A stretch of 64,000 nucleotides of DNA from Marsupella aquatica. Its lineage: Eukaryota > Plantae > Marchantiophyta. The notes under the pieces are model-generated. The model worked only from the letters and a program-made list of their open reading frames with translations. It made no database searches and was not told the DNA's origin. The position numbers were made by a program, and so were the translations under genes. Below, piece after piece: positions 26,573-47,902 of the stretch (its first letter is position 1; every line of letters starts with the position of its first letter). The DNA lies in contig OZ316897.1 in the NCBI GenBank assembly GCA_973895155.1, positions 4,372,211 to 4,436,210 on the forward strand. The letters run 5' to 3'.

Positions 26573-26821
26573 ATTAAAGCATTTCGTTCCCATTGCTTTC
26601 CAATCTCTGCTCTTCCCCGTTTAATACTAACCTTCTCTAGATTAAAATTTTGGGTTGTCTCTGACCTATGGGATTTTTCTTCTTGCTCATGGATCAGCTT
26701 GCAGCCTCATATCTCTCGTATGCAAGGTTTTGGTTCTTCTGAGGTAGGAATTATCTATGGCATCATTGGGTATCTTCAGGTTGGACCGCCACCTTCTCTC
26801 TCCCTTTCCTTTGCTAGTTCT

Positions 26822-27152
26822 CTCGGGGGGGGGGGGGGGGTCACCATATGGAGGGTCATACATCACGTGCGACGTTTTAGGGTTTGACCCCCTAACTTAT
26901 AAGTAATTTTTTTTTCCAAAACCCTTTCTTTCTTTAAATTTTGACATTTTTTATTAAAAAACCCCTAAAAATTTTAAATAAAGTATTTTTTACAATTAAA
27001 TAGCCCTATCTGTTCTTTAAAGTTGACCAGTCAATAAAACATACCCTATGTGTTCTTCCACCAAACTTCGGAAGTCTTCCGCACACCCATTTAAATGGGC
27101 CTATACTTTGTCGCACGTGATGCGCCACTTCCGTGGAAGTGACTCCCCCGAG
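26822..27152 (-). mobile_element. MITE (CTCGGGG TIR), copy 3, inverted, inside the LINE
   Basis: Reverse complement of copies 1 and 2, with TSD ctagttct/ttagctct. Confidence 0.88.
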
Positions 27153-30100
27153 TTAGCTCTCAATGGTATTGGAAGGGTCTGATTGATCATTGTCGACCAC
27201 ATTTTCTTAGTAGTTCCTTGGCATCCAAATTTCTAGATACGTCTATTGCTGATATAGGGTCACTCAATACTCGGTGGGGTACTACTGACTCTTCTAAAGC
27301 CTGGCAGCGTTGCTGGAGAAGAATATGGCGTTCCGACCTCTCCAACAGGGGAAAGATCTTTCTATGGCGTGTGTTGGCTGCAGGGCTATTTTCCGGTAAG
27401 AGAGCCCACCAATGTGGGCATGGAGATGGTCGCTGCCCATACTGCCGTCTTTGCTCAGAAGACAATAAACACATATTCTTTTCATGCTATCATGCCAAAA
27501 TAGCATGGAACCGGACGGCCTGGTTGTATGAAAGGTTGCCCGCTCTCTTGTACCTTCCAGGTGGACACTCATTCACAAGCACTCTTGACTTGGCTCTCGG
27601 TCGCTCGCCTCGGCTCTCCGCTTGTCTTTTTGTTATATATGAGACTGTGTGGCTCCTCTGGAAAAATTGTAACACCCGGTTGTTTCGGAGCCAATCTGTT
27701 GTGTTTTCCCCTTATGCAGCCGCTTTATCAGTTGTTCAACACCTCCATGCCATGGCTATTAGTTTTGACTCAGAGAAAAAGAAAAAAAGACTATATTACG
27801 CTGAAAATTTTATTTCTAATCCTCTCCATGGAGATCGCTGCCTTTTTTTTACCAATATCCCGTTGATTCTAGTCATCCCTTGCCGTTGGTGTCATGCATT
27901 TTTTATTTTATTTTATTATTTTCCTCTCCTTGTTTCTGCCCAATATTTATGGAATCTCTCCTAGTATACAACATATTCTCTTATTGGAAATCTCCGTTCA
28001 GCCATGGGCCACATCTGGTGCTTGGATGTCCATAATTTACCCTTCTCTCCCTGCAAGTATTCCCATGCTCCGTAGTTTGTGCCCTCCCCCTGGCTATTGC
28101 CCATGGTGCTCTGTTGTCTGGTTGCTCCTTGTTCCTCGGCTCGGAACACACGATGGGAGCTGCTCCTGATGCTGACAACTATTTTGGCTGGTACTGGAGG
28201 CTACATATATATTGGTTTGGGCTCTGGCGCATGATGCAGCTGCTTGGTGAAGTTATATTCCTTGGAGATGGCCCTCATGGCTTATTGTGCTCGGTGGAGT
28301 ACCAAGTGGTCCCCGGCCATCTCCAATATTCTCCTCTTATCATTTTATACATGTTGAATATTGGACTGTTAGGGCCTCGATTATTGGGTTCTTATCCCTT
28401 ATCGATTGTCCCCTTCGGTCTCAATAATAGTCTATAGTATGCCCTGATCTGATTCTCCTTCCTATCCAACCACAGTATCTTGATCAATATTTTACCATCC
28501 TACAGCAATTGGCTCGTCAATTAGCATACTCTATAGATTAATTATCCCTCCGGACCGGACTGGATGCCCTGCATGTATATATACTCTAGTAGTTTAGTGT
28601 TGAAGAAGTTCCGTTGCTGGGCCTACGTACTCTCATATAGCTTAGCATGATCTCAATCTAACCGGGAATCTAACCAGGAATCTAACCATAGTATAGTGCT
28701 CTTTTGGTGATGCTCCGAGGTCTGACTTCTTTTGTCAGGTGGGAATGTTGCTAGATGTATACATGGATGGATTGCTATTCTTGGTTCTGCCCATGGGCTT
28801 CTTGCCTCTCCATCCCGCTCTCCATTCTCCACAAGCTGGGCATTCTTCTGAGTGGGATCGCTGGGTTCTCATACAATGTACGATGGTTGTGTGGCCTTCT
28901 TGGACTTCTTCAACTATTGGGACCATGCTTTCCAATCATGGCTCTACTGGTCCCCTTGTTCTCTAGAATATATCTTAGGGATTTGCCGCATGCATGCAGG
29001 GTGCAGCCATAGTTGATGCCCTGACTCGGGGTTGGCTTTCATCATTGGCTGCTATATGACTCTCCCTGAACACACCTCGGACTCTCATCTTGTGACCGCA
29101 TATTATTATCCTCCTCCCTCTTCAAGACTATTCAAGTGATTGATATGCGGCTTGATATGTCATTCGGTATACATGTTGGCTTCCTAGGGAGTTTTTATTG
29201 GAGTCTCGGTGGGTACACATGTTGGCTTCCTAGGGAGTATTCATCGGAGTATTGACGGGTATAAGCTGTTTCACCGGCTGTGGTGGAGTGAACATCGGAG
29301 TATTGACAGGTACAAGCAGTCTGGCCGGCTGTGGTGGATGGGGATGGCAAAGTCCATATCAGTTCCCGTGAAGGTTTTTCTTGCCAATGTTTTACTTCTT
29401 TGGCTACTCTCTCAGGATAGCATTCTATCCTCCTTGGGGTCCTCCCTCCCATTCTCTTCCGCCTCCTCCCTTCTGGCGGTCGGAGTGGAGGCTGCCCTTC
29501 ATCTTCACTGGGTGTGCTCCTTTTATTGCCCCCTTAATTGCTCTTGTTCTTTCCTTCCTTCTCCTCCCAGGCAGGCTTTGTTTTTCTCTGGTTCTCCTTG
29601 GAATAAAGTTTTCAATTTAAATTAAAAAAACAAAAAAAACAAAAAAAAACTACCAGCTCAGAACCCCGAGGGCTAGGGTTCAACTTGTAACTTCTAACTT
29701 GAGGATTTTGTGCAAGTAAATTAATAGCCTTTTTGAGGGTAGGAAATTGTGAGGGAGCCTACTGTAGGTCAATTCCCTAACTATTCAAACTCAGAGGCGA
29801 CTTTTGTATTAATTGGGTTCAACTTCACTCTATTGTTCAGGGGTGGCCAAAATCATGCAACCATGTATTAGTTTTTGCATGGTCATGGGAAGTTTGGGTA
29901 CAGTACCTTCAAGAAGGTATTCCATGAGCCAGGGCATCCTCTTTGGCATACTTGCTAATTGTTTACATGTTCGTGAAGAGAATTATTATAGTGTTTGCTT
30001 AGTGGTCTCAAAGTACTAAGGCGACTAAAGTGCCTGGGGTAATAACGTTTTTCCAGGGGTGAGGTCACTCTGGTGTCACTCTCAAATTAGCCAATTTGGC

Positions 30101-31891
30101 CAAAAAGCATTGATAGTGAACCACAAACACATTGCTACGTACAGAGTGACTTGCCATGACACGCATATATAGTCAGTGATGCAAGTAACCAGTCAGTCCT
30201 TGGAGACATGTATAATTCTTCTTCCATAATGCACCACTCTTGTCAACTCAATTCCAGGTAACTCTTGGGTTTTGGACAAAAATTGGACAATGACATTGGG
30301 CATATCTCAAACATGGTTTGGATCATTAGAGTAATCACTGTGTATTAAAACAACTACACTAGTAGTTGTGTGTAATTTAGTTCAGCCTTGGTGACCGACC
30401 CCCTGTATCACTGGCGGGTGACTGAATGCTTGACCAGGCCACCATGCCTCTCTACCTGCAAGGTGGTTAACGTAACCCTTTAGTCTCATGCAGCGGCCTC
30501 TGAAAGAAACGAAAAATATAGGATGGCACTCTAGTTCCCTCCACCTGGCAGAAAGAATGGGATCACCTGTGACATATTCAACTTTCTCTTTGTGGAAAAA
30601 ATTAGCCAGATTCCACCTCACCTAAAAGGCTTGGACGCTTTTGACTAGAATTTTTCAGAACACTTTTTGCTTGTCTTAGATTAGGAATTTACCACCTACA
30701 GTAGCCAGCAAAGGGGCCATTAGTCAACATCAGTTGCTTATTCTTTTCAGGCTTTACGTCTTATTTCAGCCAGATCTAACGGCCAGAAACTACTCTAGCA
30801 AAATCAGATAAACAATCGACTCAGAAGCTTCTTCTTTGCTACGGTGCCAATAGAAATGATACCGTGATTTTTATTAGTTAGTTATCGTTGCTTCGCAATA
30901 TTCCCCCAAAAAGGGAACATGCTATATGTAGATTGCCATATGAGATAGGGTGAGACAGACTGAGAGAGAAGCGAATACTAGCATATCTTGAATTATGGAT
31001 TTTGTTCCCTCACAATCCTATTTCAAAGCATTTCCTGGAGTGGAGCATCCGCCACGACTTCATCAAACTGCCGGATCGGCCAACACGGGAAGCCAAATCC
31101 TCAATTCTTCAACGGTGCCTAGTCCAACAATGCCTTGTTTGATATACAGCTACTCAGGTGAGCCACGAAACAGGCAGCGAGAAGCAAAAGTAGAATGCTT
31201 TGGGAGACTGTCAAAGAAATTAACAACGTAAAGCTTTTCGTGACTTTTCTCTTTGTATATTTGAGTATATTAATTCTTCACAATGCACCCCTTTTGTGAG
31301 GAGTGTATTATATAAAACACCATAAATATAGCAATAAATAAATAAATATATTTTATCTTACAAAAAATAAATAAATTTAATCAAGATCTGAAGATGATAA
31401 CAATCTTATATGGTGATAATATTTATAAATAGAATCTAATATAACTTAAAAAACTTATATTTTTGGTTAATTCCATAGTCATCATTTTTTGGATGACCTT
31501 TTAATTTGAATTTTCTATTTAAGAGATTTGTTTTTTCTTGTTTGTTATAGAAAAATCACTCCAATTTTTGTCCTGGTTATGGACATTATATACCACAATG
31601 CCCTCTAACCAGGACATTATCATATTCAAATTAGTGTGCTGCCGGCAAATGCTGGTTCCAGCAGTGTCGCAAGTGCCAATTTGTACTGAAACAATTCCCT
31701 AGATTGGATTTCATTTTAGTCTTCACACATCAGGCTACTGAGAGAGCCGGTTATTCAAATTGGATCCCAGAACTCGGGATGACGGTGATTATGCAAATCT
31801 CTGCATCACTATTGGGTGTGGGACGAACTGAAACAACTCTAAGTAAAAATAGAAACTACAGCAAGTGGAAGAATGGAAAAAGTCGAGAGGG

Positions 31892-32466
31892 TTATTCTCT
31901 GCTAGCACATTTGGAAGGATCGGTGTCAACATTTCTTCGAACACACTAGACCCAATCCGCATGGTGTAATTCAGAAGACTTGGCAGCGCCTTGGCATCTA
32001 CCTCAAGCGCGACTGGGCCAAACACCGGGCCAATATTCGGATTGGGCGGACCACCTTTGCCGAAGCACACCATGATATGTCCAGAGCTTACGGTACTTGG
32101 ATTGGCTTATGGCACATTCATGAAGACATACTGCAAATTCCGCCAGTCCCACCACGTCCGCCATGAGTTGTTAGTTCTACGGGTTTTGAGGCTGCACTAC
32201 TGGTAGACTGTTAGTTTTCTAGCGCGGACCCACTGTTCAGGACCTCGCCAGTCCCTGATCACTGGCCGGTCTTGGAGTGTCCTGCTCCTGTTAGTAGTTT
32301 CCAAATCTCTTGTTTGGCTGCCTCTTCGGAGGCTCAGCTTCTTGTCTGGTTCCGGCCCCACCGGCTGCGGCACCTCGACCTTCGGTCCCCCCCGGGTGGT
32401 GGCCCTCTTGGGCCCCCCCATTTTGTATTCTGGCTTTTTGAATGGATTTCATTGAGACGCAAAAAA
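31892..32466 (+). mobile_element. Short 5'-truncated L1-type LINE (ORF2 C-terminus, 3' UTR, poly-A)
   Basis: Reads ILC*HIWKDRCQHFFE...QIPPVPPRPP* to 32166, followed by an A11 tail. 15-bp TSD aaaaagtcgagaggg at 31877-31891 and 32467-32481. Confidence 0.85.
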
Positions 32467-33182
32467 AAAAAGTCGAGAGGGACAAGCGGTATTAATTATT
32501 TGCTCTAGCTCTGACTCAGTCCTTCGTTCTGTCCACGAGAAAAGCTCCGTCAAAACGGATCTCTAAGGCTGGCCTGTCCTGTGCCCCTGACTGGTATGTG
32601 CAGCTTGTTTGTTGTCTCGACCGTAACATCTCACAGTTTCCTGATCGGGAACCTTTAGCACAGCTCAAATGGACATTGGACACTAGGTCCTGATTTTAGT
32701 AGAAATAGTGACAACTGGTTTAGAGATCAGGATTTGCGGCAGCTGCTCTTGCCTTCGGGTGAATAGGCGGCGTGGTGGCCAAGTGCAGACCGCTCTGGTA
32801 TACAACCGGGCTGCAGCAAGGTCTGAAATTTTCAGAAACAATCTGTCCCAAGGTGAAGAAAGAAACCTAGCTTCACAGGAGCATCATGACTTGTCGCTCT
32901 TATCGAGCTTATATCTCGGCTGGCATGCATTTTGGAAAGTCTGCCTTGACGAGATTGCAGGCAAACACTACTGTAGATATCTTTCCTGTTGCAATGATTG
33001 GTTAGTCCTGTAGAAACACACCAGGAGCTGAATTAGACTTGTACGTGTTACAGCTAGCTGTCAATGATGAAGAAGGAAGGATTTCTGTAAAACACAAAAG
33101 TTGAAACAATTTGATTGAAGGGGATGACGACCCAGTGTCGACTGTAGAAATTGATCTGTTATACTTAATTACAGTTGAATAT

Positions 33183-42658
<9,476 letters not shown>

Positions 42659-45600
42659 TAGTAGCAGATCAACGTCTAGGCCCAATCTTGAGTTGAGCGT
42701 TACTAAAGGGCGATAACTTGAACTCATCAGTGAGATCGCAGATGGAATTAATGATTTGGATGATTATATTATACACAATAATATCTATCAAAAGTGAAGT
42801 TGCAGCTAGAATGTGCATAGTTCCTAGGCCTGCAACTCTAACGCAACCAGTGCGATCAAACAGTACTCACTGTAAGTGCACATGTCCTGGTATTTGGTCT
42901 TAAAGGTTTGCTTTGGCGACTCATTGGAACCCTTACAGATTGTCTAATTGAGTGAAACCAAAGTTAATGGATTGCATCTTTGTCTGAAAGTATTATATTA
43001 CAACTTAGTAGGTTGACTGCCAGTTCTTTGCACAGAAATAAACTTGGAGGACATTCAAGTCCATGTATGCTCACTTGATTTTCAGTGATCTTCCAGCTGC
43101 ACCATTTTGAGATACATTTTGCACCCATTCCCCCATTTCCTGCCAGTGACTCCTCACGCCATTTGAGAGGCTCACCCTACTCCAGATCCTCGTTGTCCAC
43201 TCGCACCCCCAACTTCAATTCGTCCCAGAGGGGGTAGAGGCCCCACTAGTCCTTAGTCCTTGTGTAGTAAGTTTAAATCACAATAACATAGTCAGATTAA
43301 CCCTGTAAAATATGGATCAGATGTAGAGGTGAACCCTACTAGGGAGCCTCAAAGGAGACAATTTGATGGACCTCAACTCCCTTGTTAGGGGTTACTCTCG
43401 TTATGGGTTACTGACACACAATGTTACTGGCTACAAAATTACTAGTCCATAACTTTTTGCCAGAAATATTGGTCATATGCCATTACCGTCAGTCACGGAA
43501 AAGGTTAGCTAAAGAAAAAACATGTGAAAAAGTTATGTCCATTCTTTTAGGGCCCAATGTCATCATACATAATTTCAAAGCTTTGAGATACCCTAGTGTA
43601 ATCAGTCTTGATTCATGGATCTTGTGTTCCACTCATGTTCGTCAAGGTACTATAGTACATCTACAGAAATAATTTATAGCTGGGTACATTCCAAACAGGA
43701 GAATAATGGACAGCTACAGTTGGATTCCCTTATTTATAGATATGAAGGATCTGCCAGCAATTCTAGTGAATTGTAAAGGCTATGTAGGGACAAGCTTTTT
43801 GACTTATTGTCGAATTATAACAAAGCAATCATACAGATCCTCTCCACTCATGGGTCGGCCACTAACACGGAGGATTCCAAGGCCCACTCATTTAAAGATG
43901 TCATATTAAAATGGGGAATTGAGAAGACAGCAGGCTAGCTAGGTTGAGAGTGGGGACAGGTGGGCAGCTGAGGGTGGCTTTTATAATACCTTGGGGCAAT
44001 ATGAGTGTTTTTGTTTTACCAAAGCAAATAAGCTGGGCCCTCTAAAAATGTGTACATGGGCTAAAGGAGAATTCGGAATCATTTCTTCGCCCCTAAATAA
44101 TGCTAAAATGTGTACATGGGCGAAAGGAAATTTTATCGCCCCTAAGTAATGTTTTGTAAAGCAAGATGCAGCAAATGGTGCTAGTAAATTATTTCCTAAA
44201 AGACAAGCTAGGGACCCAGTCACTCCACCTAAAATGCACATAGTTCATTGGCAGAGCTTACAAGAGAAGATTTGATGAGGGGCATGTGTGTCCTTTTTTT
44301 AATTGTAAGAGATTTAAAATAGGAATGGACCAAGTTACCAGGTCAAGAGACTTCCAAGAGAGGTGGTCTAAATATGGGACAAAAATGTGCTCAACATAAG
44401 CACTTACTGGACCCCACTCCATTCCATCATCAGATGCAACGGTTGGTGAGACGAGGGCCATCATGCAACTAAGGGCATCGGGCTGGCCTAGCCAGGGGCA
44501 GGGATATAGCTTGATTTCACCTCTCCCAGAAGTCTTAATAATTAGTCACTTTTGGCTAGAAATTCACTATGTTTTTTTTCTTCCATTAACTACTCTGATC
44601 ACCATAATTAGTGTTATGCAAGACTTAGTGTCACTACAAAATTAGTGTTGTGACACTAGTGGTGATGAACTTGATCATTAAAAATATTTCTTTACATGTT
44701 GGTTTTTCAAGATAGTTCCACTTCTGTTTAAAGTGCTACATCCAAATTGGTGCCCAAATGGATGATCCAAATTAAGTCTCAATTCTTGCCTAATTTTCAT
44801 AATAGTTTTCCTTAATTCTAGGAGATTTGACCATCACATCCTAGCATCTTCTCTTCACCCTCAAGGTCACAGTTGCCGCCTGTCTGGAAAAAACTAAGAA
44901 AAAATCTTACAAATTTACACTCCAGAAGCAATCCCCCTAAACCCAACAATGATGGACTGAAGGTAGGTTATAGGGGCAAGCTGCAGAGTGCTACAATGAC
45001 TTAATTTGACTTCAGTTGAACTGATTGTGTCCTCGATTGTGTCCACACCACAATAATTTTTGAGGTTTTCCCTTTAGCCATGGTGACCAATTAATTGTCA
45101 CCTTGCATGAAGGAGAAGATGCTAGGAAAATCATATATCTATTGTTCCTTGGCTAATTTTTGAGCATTTGATCACAGGTTTAAGGATACTAACCACAACT
45201 TGATCCCGGATCTAAGGATATCTGCCAATGCCTCCAGGCTTGGTGGAAAACTGGCTAATGAAAGATCAAAAACCTAGGGGGATATTGGCCAAAAGTGGCT
45301 AAGGGCTGTCTTGCATGTGTGAGTTCTTCAAAATCTAGGCCCCTTGCACTCCCTAAATTGCCTGATGTAGATTCTCATGTCCAATGCTAAGTGTGAGGTG
45401 CAGAGTCCTTAGTTTTCTTGTCTTTGATTGTGTTTTTTGTCATTGTCCCTGGTATATGTTTTATCTGATTTATAAGGACTGGACCTCAAGGGCAGGAAAG
45501 TTTACAGTCCTTGCCCTTGAAACTACAAAAGTATAGCAGTGTCGCTCATTCCACATTCCAAAGGTGCCACCTAATCACTTTAATAATTTGAAGACCCTAA

Positions 45601-47902
45601 GACTTTCCATAGAGTTGGAATCTAGCTAAATTTTCACACTAAAGAAAAAGCTGGTGGGCACAAGCATGCCTGGCCTGGGTGAGGGGTGGGGCTAAGCGTA
45701 TTTTCTGACTTTTTTCCTTTTCAATCAGTGACTTTGTGACGAGAAGATTCCCCATCTGTTTTCGTGAAATATTTTCTGACCCTTAGATATTCCTAGATTT
45801 AAGGAGGACGCGATTTTGGGCAAATGAGGTCTATGACTAGTGAGAAACTGTCTAAGAGGGAGTCTCAAAGCTGGGTCATTAGTGAAAGTTACTTATATAT
45901 CACAAATTCTATGGACCCATTTGGGGACCCAGTTATAGAGCTTAAACAATGGGGGAGGTAACATTGACCCACCCCACAAGGGAGGAGTTAGGGCCTCACC
46001 TATTTCATAGCATATATATATATATATATTTTTTCTCAATTCTTGATAAGCTGCCTCCTCAAATGCAGCAGCAATCACCACATTAGGTCTGGAGCAATTC
46101 CCACTTGTCTTTAGTCAAGGCTGTCCAGAGGCCTGGATTTCCAAATTTCCGCCTAAAGTTACAGGAAAGATGGGCTCCCATAACTTTTAGGGGAGATCCC
46201 ATAATACTTGAATGAATTATGGGAGAGCTTTATCTTGTTAATTAAAGTCCAAGTTTTGAGACTCCCTAATGGGATAGAAACAATCATAGTGTAGCTAAAT
46301 TTCTCTACAAGTGGGAGAACGTTTTGGGAAGATGGAATCTGACCAAAATCACATCTGAAAAATAAGCTGGTGGGGCTAGGGTTTGAGAGGTGAGGATGGG
46401 CTGTAGGGCAATGGGTGGCTCTACAAGGGCCAGTCCACTAGCTGACATGGGTTGAAGTGCATTGATTGACTTCTTGCATCCCCACATGTGGCACAGTGCA
46501 CCGCCGTATAGTTTTCTAGGCACTGACGAGTTGTTTTGGGAGATCTTGTCGTTTGACTGGCAATGTTGAATGGATCCTGCCTTTTCCAAGAATTGGTCTC
46601 TTCCTCAAGTTGGCAGTGTGACAAGTCAGATTGATATGAACCTGCTAAACCTGCGTACCCACCTGATCTGTTCATGCATGTTGTGTCTCATACATAATTC
46701 TCGATGTCTTAATTGCATTTATGAGGGTCTACTCTTTGTAAGGTCATAAATATATTTGGAATTACCCACCTCACTTCCTTAGAACCGCTATTTCTCATTC
46801 ATTCGGTAACAGAAGGAATTATTGGGGCTTAGTGAAACAGGGTAATGACAGCATTTTGGTGAAACGCTCCTATGAGCCATGGAATTTTATGTTTTTAATG
46901 GCTTAAATCAACTTCTTAGTTAGCAGGTCAGTCAATGCCCGTCCATTCGTTTCCTTTTTTTGTGGAGACATAGAAACCAACTTTCCATGCATCGATAAAC
47001 CGCCAGGTACAATCATGACCATTTACTGGTTGAGGAGTATTGTGGTGGGGCTTTCGAGCTTTATGTGTGCCATACGTTGTTGGGAATCGAAACTGGAAAA
47101 AGTGGGAAAAGTGGTATTAATAATTTCGCTACAGCCAGGACTGCATCAATCATTCTGGAAGTCCAAGAAAGCTCCGTGAAAGCTGGTGTATAAAGCTGAC
47201 CAATCCTTTGCCACTGACTGGTGAGCGAAGCTTGTTGGTTGCCTACAGTGCAATGTCTGATCGCTCTCCAGAGAAGATTAAAAAGACTTAAAGAACTCAA
47301 CAAAATAATAAAGAAAGGTGATGCTTTATCAGCTCGGGCCAGGAATCTTCTGTTGAACTGTTCGATGCACAGCTCAAATGGCTGGAGACCGAGTTCTGAC
47401 TAGTAGAGCCTCAGCTAGTCAGCTGGGTTAGAGATCGAGATGTGCCGCAGTTGCTTCTTGTCTCCGACCGTGCATTCGCTGGTCCGCCATGTGCAGAATT
47501 CTTTGTTAGACTACGGGGCTGCAAAAGGTGCAACAACGTCTGATCTAACAGGGCTGCAGAAGTTGCAACAACGTCCGATCCTCGTTGCAGTCGACGAGGA
47601 CAAGAAAGCTTCACAAGATTGAGCATGGCTGAGGCTAGCTTCAAGTATCCCATTATTCAATGCTTTGCCTTGACGAGACTGCAGCAAACTCTATAGATCT
47701 TTCCTGATGCAATGACTGGACAGTCCAGAGGGAGAAGCATACCCAGAGCTTAATGAGGTTACATTTGTACCAGGGGCCACTGGATGTCGACGAGGGAGAA
47801 GGATTTCTATGAAACACAGAGCTTATAACAATCTAATTGAAGGGGACGACGACGCACTGTCTATTTAGTGTAGATTGATCTGTTATAATTACATTCGAAT
47901 AG

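Larger units (their letters stand above)
24559..29645 (+). mobile_element. 5'-truncated L1-type LINE, degenerate ORF2 (RT plus zf-RVT), interrupted by three MITEs
   Basis: RPITLLNTACKIIAK, QQTGFVPGRQILDNI, KMDFSKPFDRVDH, GVRQGCPLAP, FCADD, CPYCRLCSEDNKHIFFSC. A-rich tail at 29624-29649. TSD aaaactaccagctcaga at 24542-24558 and 29646-29662. Confidence 0.93.

Noticed and set aside
32886-33005. Conserved uORFs upstream of the RLKs
   Set aside because: Upstream ATG ORFs exist in all three paralogs but differ in start, frame and length.
42751-42903. Small ORF MIWMIILY... downstream of both complete RLKs (also 57326-57586), resembling a secreted Cys-rich peptide
   Set aside because: The copies differ by 1-, 4- and 1-nt indels that shift the frame in the middle, and they have different stops. 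Paralogous 3' UTR explains the similarity.
44600-45130. CACTA-like end (cactacaaaa) and short inverted repeat cctagcatcttctc
   Set aside because: No matching opposite terminus or TSD was found, so no element boundaries could be defined.
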